A DNA stretch of 64,000 bases from Sumerlaeia bacterium (GTDB lineage: Bacteria > Sumerlaeota > Sumerlaeia > SLMS01 > JAHLLQ01): positions 1 through 64,000 of the forward strand of contig JAVJSW010000018.1 of the NCBI GenBank assembly GCA_040219255.1, in the 5' to 3' direction. Below the pieces are notes generated by a model. The model saw only the letters and a list, made by a program, of their open reading frames with translations. It was not told the DNA's origin and did no database searches. Made by a program: the position numbers and the translations under genes. Below, piece by piece: positions 1-8,978 of this stretch (within the stretch, counting starts at the first letter, position 1; each line of letters starts with the position of its first letter).

Positions 1-717
1 TCCGATCTGGTGCTGGCCGAGCACGGGCGGGTCGAACTGGACGCGCTGGCGGCGGCGTTGGCGGCGCGGTACGAGGCCGAGCCCTGGCGCGGATATGGGG
101 CGCAGACGCATATTCTGCTGGGCAAAATCCACGGGGGCGGAAATTGGCGCGAACTGGCCCGCGCCATCAACGATGGCCAGGGGAGTTACGGCAACGACGC
201 GGCGGCCCGCGTTGCGCCGCTGGGGGCGTATTTCCAGGACGACGGCGACGAGCGCATCGCGGCCCAGGCGCGGCTTTCCGCCGAGGTGACCCACTCCCAT
301 CCCCTCGCCCGCGACGGCGCGGCGGCGGTGGCCTTGGCGGCGGCGTGGATGGGGCGGCAGGGGGAAGCCATCGCGGCGGGCGAGGCGGACTCGGACGGGA
401 TGTTCGCGCTGGTGCTGGAGCACGTGCGCGAGGAACCGCTGCGGGCGTTGATCGAGCAGGCGCGGGCGCTGAGCGCCGACACTCCGGTGCGCGACGTGAC
501 CGATGCCCTCGGGTGCGGCCGCCAGGTCACGGCCCAGGACACGGTGCCCTTCTGCCTCTGGGCCGCCGCCCGAAACGCGGGAAATTTCGAGGCGGCGATG
601 TGGACGACGGTCAGCGGCCTGGGCGACCGGGATACGAACTGCGCGATCGTGGGGGGGATAGTGGCCGCGGGGGCTGGGGTGCCGGGCGGGTGGGTGAAAA
701 GGCGGGAGCGGGTGTAG
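1..717 (+). CDS. ADP-ribosylglycohydrolase (DraG/ARH family), 5' end outside the window
   Basis: Motifs SYGNDAAARVAP (family consensus GNGAAMR), SAEVTHSHP and GDRDTNCAIVG. The frame is open from base 1. Confidence 0.88.
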   Translation, partial: SDLVLAEHGRVELDALAAALAARYEAEPWRGYGAQTHILLGKIHGGGNWRELARAINDGQGSYGNDAAARVAPLGAYFQDDGDERIAAQARLSAEVTHSHPLARDGAAAVALAAAWMGRQGEAIAAGEADSDGMFALVLEHVREEPLRALIEQARALSADTPVRDVTDALGCGRQVTAQDTVPFCLWAAARNAGNFEAAMWTTVSGLGDRDTNCAIVGGIVAAGAGVPGGWVKRRERV

Positions 718-785
718 GTTGGGATTGCGCTTTGGATGGCCGTGGGTATTTTGCTGGATTTATTTCCAGAAACGACATTCTGTTC

Positions 786-2087
786 ATGCGTCTCGCTGTC
801 CCGGTTCTGATCTTCGCCTCGCTCGCTCAATTCGCAGAGGGAGAAGATTATCAGCCACTCTATACTTACGAAGGTAGAGAGTACATCACTTCTGGCGGTG
901 GTGCGCAGGATTTGTTGATGGTTCCGGACGCGGATACGGACGGCGTGGAAGACATCGCTGTCTTGCAGAGCGGTGATGTGACGCTGGTCTCTGGGGCGAC
1001 AGGGAATATTTTATGGGACCATGAATTTTCAGTCCGTATCCGCCCGGCTGGGCAGCATCTTATGGAAAGTGGCGACGACATCGATGGCGACGGGATCTCG
1101 GATTTGTACTTTGTTCAGGAGGCAGCCCTCAACCGCGAAGACTGCGGTTGTTGGTTCTATGCTACGGTCTTGAGCGGAGTCGACGGAACGGTTCTGCGGG
1201 ATCTGACTTTGGATTGGGATGAATCGACAACCGGTAGCAATATCGTTGTCACGGGCCTTTCCACCGGACCGGATCTCTCCGGCGATGGAATTCGGGATTT
1301 GGCTCTGACAGTAAGTCATCATTTTCCGCCGGTGGGCAGAGAAGAGTTGTATCTTTTTTGGAATCCGATTAGGCAAAAGTTTTTTCGAAAGCACGAAATT
1401 GAAGGCTACACAGGCGGAGTTTTGCGCGAGGACCTTGTTCCGCTCGGCGACTTGACCGGCGACGGCCTTCCAGAGCTAGCCAATCATGGTTGGGAGGTTG
1501 AGGAGGAGGCGGGACATAGCGATAAGACCGACTTCTATATTCGCGACGGAGCGACCTTTGAGGTGATTCAAATCTTAAAGAACGATCCTGATCGTACGCG
1601 CACATACGCGTCCGTCACCGACGCGTTTTCATACCGCGATGTTGATAACAGCGTATTGTTGGCGGTCGCCGGGCGCACAGCGAATTTTTACTCAGGTCAG
1701 ATTTATATTCTTGACTGGCAAACTGCCACCATCGTGGATCAATTCGGACATCCCGAAATTACCGAATTTGCCGGCTTTGCCGGCCCCGACATGAGGCCCA
1801 TCCCCGACATGACAGGCGATGGTATTCCCGAGTTGGCGGCGTTGACGATGGTGGGACGCGAGGAGATGGAATTGCTCGTGTTTAAGAATGTTACGAACGA
1901 AGTCTTCGCGCGGATCACCTTTCCTTATGATCTGGATGCAGGTTTCTTCTCTTATATCATTGGCCTCAGCGACATCACAGGCGACGGTCGGGGCCATTTT
2001 GGCTATTTCTCGAACGATGGAACGCTGACGGTTTTTCGTTCCCAAGTGGCAATGCCTGGTCCGGGCGCCGTGATGGTGGGGTCGTGA
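786..2087 (+). CDS. Secreted FG-GAP/integrin-alpha-like repeat protein
   Basis: ATG at 786 gives a signal peptide (MRLAVPVLIFASLAQFAEG). Repeated Ca-binding motifs DADTDGVED, DIDGDGISD, DLSGDGIRD, DLTGDGLPE, DMTGDGIPE and DITGDG. Confidence 0.8.
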   Translation: MRLAVPVLIFASLAQFAEGEDYQPLYTYEGREYITSGGGAQDLLMVPDADTDGVEDIAVLQSGDVTLVSGATGNILWDHEFSVRIRPAGQHLMESGDDIDGDGISDLYFVQEAALNREDCGCWFYATVLSGVDGTVLRDLTLDWDESTTGSNIVVTGLSTGPDLSGDGIRDLALTVSHHFPPVGREELYLFWNPIRQKFFRKHEIEGYTGGVLREDLVPLGDLTGDGLPELANHGWEVEEEAGHSDKTDFYIRDGATFEVIQILKNDPDRTRTYASVTDAFSYRDVDNSVLLAVAGRTANFYSGQIYILDWQTATIVDQFGHPEITEFAGFAGPDMRPIPDMTGDGIPELAALTMVGREEMELLVFKNVTNEVFARITFPYDLDAGFFSYIIGLSDITGDGRGHFGYFSNDGTLTVFRSQVAMPGPGAVMVGS

Positions 2088-2088
2088 G

Positions 2089-3405
2089 ATGAGACGGTCT
2101 CTTGTTCTTGGAATGAGCGCCATGCTTTTTGCGGTGGCTGTGCAGGGGGGCGACACGCCGGAACTGCTCTACGCCAGTGAAAAGTACAACGCAACATGGC
2201 CGGCGCAGGCGATCGAAGATTTGAACAGCGACGGCGTCCGGGATTTCGTGGTGATCGATTGCTCATGGACGCGTGACTGCAACGGCATTGTAACGGTCAG
2301 CGGCAAAGACGGAACCAACCTCAATGTCTTTCCACCGGTCTTTGATAATCGTTTCTTTTCCGAGTCCTTCCTGGGAGTCATTTCCGATCAGAACGGCGAC
2401 GGCCTGGAAGACATCATGGTTTACGATGCGCATTCTCCTTTTGGTGTGGAAGAGGGGGCGGAGTTTGAGGGCAGCATCTACTGTATTTCCAGCGTGTCGG
2501 GAGAATTGCTCTGGAACTATGAGAAGGACGGCTACAATCTGGAGCGCCATCCTATCAATCTGATCGGCATGCCGGACCTGGATGGAGACGGCCGGGCTGA
2601 TTTCTTTGCCACGATTCGAGTCCATAGTCGGTCGGAAGGCTGGATTTCTGTCGATTTGTTCAGCACGGGTCAAAACAAAGTCATAGCGACCATTATCCCA
2701 CCGGATGGAATGGAGTACGATCCCCCCGATAACCGAATGGGGATTCGGCTCCCTGACGTGACAGGCGACGGTATCGATGACCTGGGAGTTCCCTGGACGG
2801 TGGAACGCAGCCAGCCAGGCGCGAACGAGGTCGAGGCACTATCGATCTACGATAGCAAAACATTGGAACTTGTTCATACGTTCACTTCGAATCGGAGCGA
2901 AGAGACAGCCTACTACGGGCAATTCATGGCGGCCACCGAAACGGATTCGGGTGCGAAATATTTAGCTGTCGCCAGCCCGGCGGAACTGATCGATGCGGAG
3001 ACGCAATTGTATGGGCGGATTTATCTCTACGACCTCAATGAGATGAAGTTATTGCGCACGCTGATCTATCCAGAGAACACCCGCCAAGTTTTCTATCCGT
3101 ATAACGGGACGGGATTCCTGGGCGATATCACTGACGATGGCACTCCGGAGCTTGGTGCCTTGAACTACGTAGGCGATGACGATTCGGAGTTTATTATTTA
3201 TAGAAACAGCACGTCTGACCTCTATACGCGGTTCGTGCTCGGGTTTCCAGCGCCGGGAAGCCCGGAAGGCATTTTCCCGCTTCCCGATATTTCAGGGGAT
3301 GGCATTCCGGATTTCGCGCTGTTTTCCGGCGACCGGATGCAAGGCTACGCCGCTTTCTCTCTGGGGGTGCCGCCTGAGGAGGGGGACGGGTGGATGGCGC
3401 GGTAG
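2089..3405 (+). CDS. Secreted FG-GAP/integrin-alpha-like repeat protein (tandem paralog)
   Basis: Signal peptide MRRSLVLGMSAMLFAVAVQG. Repeats DLNSDGVRD, DQNGDGLED, DLDGDGRAD, DVTGDGIDD, DITDDGTPE and DISGDGIPD. Starts 1 nt after the previous stop. Confidence 0.8.
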   Translation: MRRSLVLGMSAMLFAVAVQGGDTPELLYASEKYNATWPAQAIEDLNSDGVRDFVVIDCSWTRDCNGIVTVSGKDGTNLNVFPPVFDNRFFSESFLGVISDQNGDGLEDIMVYDAHSPFGVEEGAEFEGSIYCISSVSGELLWNYEKDGYNLERHPINLIGMPDLDGDGRADFFATIRVHSRSEGWISVDLFSTGQNKVIATIIPPDGMEYDPPDNRMGIRLPDVTGDGIDDLGVPWTVERSQPGANEVEALSIYDSKTLELVHTFTSNRSEETAYYGQFMAATETDSGAKYLAVASPAELIDAETQLYGRIYLYDLNEMKLLRTLIYPENTRQVFYPYNGTGFLGDITDDGTPELGALNYVGDDDSEFIIYRNSTSDLYTRFVLGFPAPGSPEGIFPLPDISGDGIPDFALFSGDRMQGYAAFSLGVPPEEGDGWMAR

Positions 3406-3409
3406 AATG

Positions 3410-3442
3410 AAAAAACGCCTCCGGCAAGTGCCGGAGGCGTTT
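3410..3442. terminator. Intrinsic terminator between convergent genes, probably bidirectional
   Basis: Stem AAACGCCTCCGGC / GCCGGAGGCGTTT with a 4-nt loop. The A-run on the left is the U-tract for aspS on the minus strand. Confidence 0.8.
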
Positions 3443-3473
3443 CGTCCATTAGGGAGATGAAGGAGAGTAGCTC

Positions 3474-5351
3474 CTACCCCTTCTCTTCCTTCTTCTTCAC
3501 ATCCGTCTTGATGCTCAGTTCCTTCAGGCTCGCGGCCGGCACTTGGCTGGGGGCGCCGGTGAGGAGGTCGGTGCCGGTTTGGGTTTTGGGGAAGGGGATG
3601 ACGGCGCGGATGTTATCTTCGCCAAGCAGCAGCATCAGCAGGCGGTCGAAGCCGAAGGCGAGGCCGCCGTGGGGCGGGGCGCCGTATTGGAGGGCGTCGA
3701 GCAGGAAGCCGAACTTCTCGCGGGCCGCTTCGTCGCTGATGCCGATGGCGCGGAAGATTTTTTCCTGCACGTCCTGGCGGTGGATACGGATCGAGCCGCC
3801 GCCGATTTCTTCGCCGTTGAGGGCCAGGTCGTAGGCGACGGAGCGAATCTGATCGAGCGCGGCGCCTTCCTGATCGAGCAGGTGCAGGTCGCCGGGGTGG
3901 GGGCTGGTGAAGGGGTGGTGCAGCGGTTCGAAGCGTTTTTCGTCGGGGTTGTACTCGAAGAGCGGAAAGTCCACGACCCAGGTGAAGGCCCATTTGCGGC
4001 CGGCGGCGACGGCTTCGTCGATGAAGCCGTTCTCGCGGCCGATCTTCAGGCGCAGGCGGCCGATGCCGTCGAGGACGACTTTCTTCTCGGGCCCGGCGAC
4101 GAGGAACAGGACGTCGCCCGGTTTGCCGCCGACGTGGGCGCAGATCGAGGCGAGGGTTTCTTCCGTCAGGAACTTGGCGATGCTGCTTTCGAGCTTACCC
4201 TCGGCGTTCACCTTGAACCAGGCGTAGTTCTTGATGCCGGTTTCGCGGGTGATGTTCTGGCTGAATTTCGAGTCCGGCCGCAGTTCGGAGTTGCTGAACG
4301 CCTCGGCTTTGCCGGGCACGCAGAGGGCGCGCACGGTGCCGCCCTTCTCCAGGATCGAGTCGAAGACCTTGAAGCCGGACCCGGCGAGAACGCCGCTCAG
4401 GTCCTGGATTTCGAGGCCGAATCGCAGGTCCGGTTTGTCGCTGCCGTACTTCTCCATGGCCTCGTGATAGTCCATGCGGGGCAGGGGCAGGGGCAGTTCT
4501 TCGCCGAGGCATTCGCGCCAGATGGCGGCGACGAGAGCCTCCATGGCCTCGATCACGTCGTCCTGATCGACGAAACTCATTTCGACGTCGATCTGGGTGA
4601 ACTCGGGCTGGCGGTTGGCGCGCAGGTCTTCGTCGCGGAAACAGCGGGCGATCTGATAATAGCGGTCGTATCCCGACACCATCAGGAGCTGCTTGAAGAG
4701 CTGGGGCGATTGGGGCAGGGCGTAGAACTCGCCGGGCGAGAGGCGGCTCGGGACCAGGAAATCGCGGGCGCCTTCCGGCGTGGCCTTGCCCAGGATCGGC
4801 GTTTCGAACTCCAGGAAGCCCATGGCGTTCATGGCGTTGCGGGTGGCGGTGTAGAGTTTGTGGCGCATCAGGAAGTTGCGCTGCATTTCCGGCCGGCGCA
4901 GGTCCAGGAAGCGGTATCGCAGGCGGATTTCCTCGCCGGTGTCGGGGCTCCACTCGTCGATCTGGAAGGGGAGCGGCTTGCTGGGCGCGAGGATTTCGAG
5001 GTCGGCGACGACGATTTCCACGGCGCCGGTGTCGAGGCGCGGGTTCTCGCTGCCTTCGGGGCGGCGGACGACTTGGCCGCGCACGGCGATACAGTACTCA
5101 TAGCGCAGATGATGCGCCTGGGCCATGCCGTCGCCGCTGACGTGATCGGGGTCGATGCGGAGCTGCACGAGACCGGTGCGGTCCCTCAAGTCGATGAAAA
5201 CCAGACCGCCATGATCGCGGCGCAGGTGCACCCAGCCCTTGAGTACGAGGGTCTCGCCGACGTTGTTGGCGCGGGGCTCGCCGCAGTACATGCTGCGTTT
5301 GGCGGCGGAGAGGGAGGTGGCGGATGGGGACTGGGGAGTGGATGTGGTCAT
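3474..5351 (-). CDS. aspS: Aspartate--tRNA(Asp/Asn) ligase, non-discriminating type
   Basis: OB-fold motif GWVHLRRDHGG, motif 2 YYQIARCFRDEDLRANRQPEFTQID, motif 3 GAPPHGGLAFGFDR. The His of RRDHG and the Gly of RPEG are the non-discriminating signature. Confidence 0.97.
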   Translation of the reverse strand: MTTSTPQSPSATSLSAAKRSMYCGEPRANNVGETLVLKGWVHLRRDHGGLVFIDLRDRTGLVQLRIDPDHVSGDGMAQAHHLRYEYCIAVRGQVVRRPEGSENPRLDTGAVEIVVADLEILAPSKPLPFQIDEWSPDTGEEIRLRYRFLDLRRPEMQRNFLMRHKLYTATRNAMNAMGFLEFETPILGKATPEGARDFLVPSRLSPGEFYALPQSPQLFKQLLMVSGYDRYYQIARCFRDEDLRANRQPEFTQIDVEMSFVDQDDVIEAMEALVAAIWRECLGEELPLPLPRMDYHEAMEKYGSDKPDLRFGLEIQDLSGVLAGSGFKVFDSILEKGGTVRALCVPGKAEAFSNSELRPDSKFSQNITRETGIKNYAWFKVNAEGKLESSIAKFLTEETLASICAHVGGKPGDVLFLVAGPEKKVVLDGIGRLRLKIGRENGFIDEAVAAGRKWAFTWVVDFPLFEYNPDEKRFEPLHHPFTSPHPGDLHLLDQEGAALDQIRSVAYDLALNGEEIGGGSIRIHRQDVQEKIFRAIGISDEAAREKFGFLLDALQYGAPPHGGLAFGFDRLLMLLLGEDNIRAVIPFPKTQTGTDLLTGAPSQVPAASLKELSIKTDVKKKEEKG

Positions 5352-5549
5352 GGTTCCGTGCGCTGTCGAACACTTCGTCGTGTGGGGATTCGAATGGGAC
5401 AAAACAAGCCCCGCGGGGCGGGCATCAAGCCGCAAGGCGGGGCCTCAGCGCAAGGGGAAGGGTTGGAGCGCGGCGGATTTTGGGGTGGGGGTGGGGGGGC
5501 GGAGGGGGAGTCAGGACGGTGTTGTCTGGAAAAAGGCAACAGACTTGGG

Positions 5550-5770
5550 TCAGGAAATGGGATATCCTCTCACCTCGCCAGGTAACAGTATTTGGCACAA
5601 GAGGGCGTTGTTGACCCAGAGGTCGCGGCGGCGGTGGGGTGATTCTGGCTGTATTCGGCGATGTCCTCGCCGGGTTGTTTTCTGACGTGCTCCCGGTCTG
5701 TCTTAGCTTCAAGCTTGTGAAGGACCTTCGAATTGATCCTGGTGATCTTGCCCGGTTTATCGGAAGCCAC
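5550..5770 (-). pseudogene. Possible frameshifted remnant of a BrnA-like antitoxin N-terminus
   Basis: KITRINS..KTDREHVRKQPGEDIAEYSQNHPTAA resembles the BrnA-type KTDWERV..DEDI..DPDAAP pattern. It continues in a shifted frame as DLWVNNA..LLP. The resemblance is from memory only. Confidence 0.25.
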
Positions 5771-5808
5771 CTTCAGAAGCCTGTAGGATCAGGAGATATC
5801 TCCCTCGC

Positions 5809-7545
5809 CTACACCTCCACCTGGCGTCCCATCTTGATGGGGTTGTGGCCGCCTTCGCTGGTGACGGCGCCTTCGCTGGCGGGGCCGACGAGTTGGGCGA
5901 ACTTGGCGATGGCTCCGCTGCGGTAGCGGGGTTCGATGGCGGGCTTCCACGTCTTGCGGCGCTCGGCCAGAACGGCTTCGTCGACCAGTAAATCGAGGGT
6001 GCCCGCTTCCGCGTCGATGCGGATTTGGTCACCTTCTTCGACGAGGGCGATGGGGCCGCCTTCCATCGCTTCCGGAGTGACGTGGCCCAGCATCAGGCCG
6101 CGGGTGCCGCCGCTGAAGCGGCCGTCGGTGACCATGGCGCAGTCGTAGCCGAGACCCTGGCCGACGAGGGCGGCGGTGGGGGCGAGCATTTCGCGCATGC
6201 CGGGGCCGCCTTTGGGGCCTTCGTAGCGGATCACCACGACGTCGCCTTTGACGATTTTCTGCTCGTCGATGGCTTTGAAGGCGTCGTCTTCGCAGTTGAA
6301 GACGCGGGCCGGGCCGGTGTGGTGCAGGTTCTTGACGCCGACGATCTTGATGACGGCGCCTTCGGGGGCGAGGTTGCCGTAGAGGGCGACGAGACCGCCG
6401 CTGGGGAAGAGGGCCTTTTCCTTGGGCAGGACGACGTCCTGGCCGCTGGGGATGCTCACGCCTTCCAGGTTCTGGGCGATCGTCTTGCCCGTCACGGTCA
6501 TGCAGTCGCCGTGCAGCAGCCCCGCGTCGAGCATGGCTTTCATGATGACTGGGACGCCGCCGACGTTGTGGACGTCGAGGGCGACGTACTTGCCGCCGGG
6601 TTTGAGATCGGCGAGGATGGGGGTGCGCCGGCTGACGCGCTCGATGTCTTTGAGGGTGAGCTTGATGCCGCATTCGTTGGCGATGGCGGGCAGGTGCAGG
6701 GCTGCGTTGGTGCTGCCGCCGGTGGCGGCCACGATGGCGATGGCATTTTCAAAGGCCTCGAAGGTCAGGATATCGCGGGGCAGGATACCCATCTCCAGGA
6801 GCGCCATGGTGGCTTTGCCGACGCGTTCGTTGACGGCGCGGCGGTTTTCGTCGATGGCGGGGTAGGACGCGGTGCCGGGCAGTGAGAGGCCGAGGGCTTC
6901 GCCGACGCAGGCCATGGTGTTGGCGGTGAACTGGCCACCGCAGGACCCGGCGCCGGGGCAGGCGTTTTTCTCCAGTTCTTCGAGTTCTTCATCGGTCATC
7001 TTGCCCGCGGCGTGGGCGCCGACGCCTTCGTAAACGTCCACGATGGTCACGTCACGGCCCTGGAATTTGCCGGGCATGATCGTGCCGCCGTAGAGGAAAA
7101 TGCCGGGCAGGTTGAGGCGGGCGAGGGCCATCAGCATGCCCGGCAGGCTCTTGTCACAACCGGCGATGCCGACCAGGGCGTCGTAGCAGTGGGCGCGCAT
7201 CATCAGCTCGACACTGTCGGCGATGACTTCGCGGCTGACGAGGCTGGCCTTCATGCCTTCGTGGCCCATGCCGATGCCGTCGGAGACGGAGATGGTGTTG
7301 AATTCCCGGGGCGAGCCGCCGTTGGCGTACACACCGCGCTTCACGCCCTGGGCGTGGGCCTGGAGCATGATGTTGCAGGGGGTGGCTTCGTTCCAGGAGG
7401 AAGCGACGCCGACGAGGGGGCGGGCGATGTCCTCGTCGGTCATGCCCATGGATCGGAGCATGGCGCGGGCCGGAGCGCGCGAGGGTCCGATGAATTCGTC
7501 GGAGGGAAGGCCTTTGGGTTCAGGTCGGCCAGAGGGGGAAGTCAT
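5809..7545 (-). CDS. ilvD: Dihydroxy-acid dehydratase
   Basis: Motifs TPCN, SDGIGMGHEGM, GCDKSLPG, GAGSCGGQFTANTM, GGSTNA, YEGPKGGPGMREM and TDGRFSGGT. ATG start at 7545. Confidence 0.97.
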   Translation of the reverse strand: MTSPSGRPEPKGLPSDEFIGPSRAPARAMLRSMGMTDEDIARPLVGVASSWNEATPCNIMLQAHAQGVKRGVYANGGSPREFNTISVSDGIGMGHEGMKASLVSREVIADSVELMMRAHCYDALVGIAGCDKSLPGMLMALARLNLPGIFLYGGTIMPGKFQGRDVTIVDVYEGVGAHAAGKMTDEELEELEKNACPGAGSCGGQFTANTMACVGEALGLSLPGTASYPAIDENRRAVNERVGKATMALLEMGILPRDILTFEAFENAIAIVAATGGSTNAALHLPAIANECGIKLTLKDIERVSRRTPILADLKPGGKYVALDVHNVGGVPVIMKAMLDAGLLHGDCMTVTGKTIAQNLEGVSIPSGQDVVLPKEKALFPSGGLVALYGNLAPEGAVIKIVGVKNLHHTGPARVFNCEDDAFKAIDEQKIVKGDVVVIRYEGPKGGPGMREMLAPTAALVGQGLGYDCAMVTDGRFSGGTRGLMLGHVTPEAMEGGPIALVEEGDQIRIDAEAGTLDLLVDEAVLAERRKTWKPAIEPRYRSGAIAKFAQLVGPASEGAVTSEGGHNPIKMGRQVEV

Positions 7546-7616
7546 GATCGTCTCGTCATCCGTTCTCAGGAAGAGTTCTTGAAGGCGGAAACGGTAGCGG
7601 CAAAGGCCGCGGGGGA

Positions 7617-8978
7617 TCAACGAGAGATGGCGGGTTTAAGGGACTGCCGTTGAGCGGGAGCTTGGCTGGCGCGGGCGCGCTGCTGGACTTGGCGGACGTG
7701 GAGTGGAATGACGCCCGAGCCGGTGGTGCGCGAGAGGACCTTCTTGCGCGAAACGAAGGCGATCAGTCCGAGGAAGAACACGTTGTAGATGAGATCGGGC
7801 AGGAAGGAGATGGTGCCGTGGGTGACGGCTCGCATGGAGGGGCCCAGGAGCATGATGTAGAAGATTTGGATCAGAGGACTTTCGTATCGGTGGGCCGCCG
7901 CCCAGAGGGATCGGAAGCACCAGGCGATGAGTACGAAAACCAGGCTGCCGAACAACCCGAACTCAAGGAACGTGTCGGCGACGCCGGTGATGGTGGTGCC
8001 GTTGGGAATTTCATAATTGTATTCATCGTGGAGAATGTCGGGGTACTTGACCGTGTTGGCCATCAGGGAGGCCTTCGTGCCGATGCCGACGATCTGGGCG
8101 GGGACGAAGCGGAAGACCATCATGTCCCAATAGCCGAGCCCGTAGTTTCGCAGGCCCATCTCGCGCGCCATATAGTATACCATGGCGGCGTTGCGCAGTT
8201 CGAGGTGCTCCTTTTCCATCTGCTCTTCGATGCCGATGGTGACGTTGACGCGGGTGAGGTGCTGCCAGTCTTTTTCTTGAACGGCGTAGCGATAGTGGTG
8301 GATGGCGGGAATGGCCAGGGCCGCCACGGCGATGGCGGCGATGACCATCCAGCGCTGGGGCAGGACGCGCCGGCGGAAATAGAACGCCAGGGCGATGGTG
8401 AGGATGAGGGTCGCGGCGGCTTCCCGCCTGCCCGCCAGGAGCACGATGCGGATCGGCAGGTAGCAGGCCAGCGCCGTCAGGATTACCAATTGGACCGACG
8501 GACGTCTGAGCGTATAGAAGAGGATGATGGCGAAGCCGGGGAACATGAGCTTGCCGAAGAACGCGGCAATGGTGATCGAGCCGGACCATTGGGTGCCGAC
8601 GGTGCCCGTGGCGTAGATTCGGCCGATCAGCAGGTTCATGAAGTAGCCGATGGCGACGAAGAAGAGGCCGCAGTAGAGGAGGCGGATCTCGCAGATGGGG
8701 ATGTTGAGTTTATGGACGATGGCGGGCGAGGGCTTGATGCCGTATCCCGCGAAGCCCGCGAGCAGGCAGATTGTGGCGATGATGAAGTAGCCCGAGATGG
8801 CGTCCTCCGGTACGGGGCCCGGGTTCTGAATCAGGGCGATGGCCTGAGGAATGATAAAGGCGCAGTAGATCGCCGCCATGAAGAAGGGAAATTGGTAGAT
8901 GCGCCTCCGAATGAGGAGGGACCAGCACAAAACCGTCGCAGTCATCCCGGCCAGCAGGAAGAACGTGAAATCGATCAC
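7617..8978 (-). CDS. Wzy-like polysaccharide polymerase (multi-pass membrane protein)
   Basis: About 10-11 hydrophobic segments, a GRRE motif and a large loop followed by FLEFGLFG. It is the last gene of a glycosyltransferase cluster, with a GTGA overlap with the upstream gene. Confidence 0.65.
   Translation of the reverse strand: MIDFTFFLLAGMTATVLCWSLLIRRRIYQFPFFMAAIYCAFIIPQAIALIQNPGPVPEDAISGYFIIATICLLAGFAGYGIKPSPAIVHKLNIPICEIRLLYCGLFFVAIGYFMNLLIGRIYATGTVGTQWSGSITIAAFFGKLMFPGFAIILFYTLRRPSVQLVILTALACYLPIRIVLLAGRREAAATLILTIALAFYFRRRVLPQRWMVIAAIAVAALAIPAIHHYRYAVQEKDWQHLTRVNVTIGIEEQMEKEHLELRNAAMVYYMAREMGLRNYGLGYWDMMVFRFVPAQIVGIGTKASLMANTVKYPDILHDEYNYEIPNGTTITGVADTFLEFGLFGSLVFVLIAWCFRSLWAAAHRYESPLIQIFYIMLLGPSMRAVTHGTISFLPDLIYNVFFLGLIAFVSRKKVLSRTTGSGVIPLHVRQVQQRARASQAPAQRQSLKPAISR

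Noticed and set aside
144-785. N-terminal 214 aa of the 647-aa ORF
   Set aside because: Arg/Gly-rich off-frame read-through overlapping the ADP-ribosylglycohydrolase. The real gene starts at ATG 786 with a signal peptide.
5590-5610. TTGGCAC as a sigma54 promoter
   Set aside because: No GC at the required GG-N10-GC spacing and no plus-strand gene downstream.
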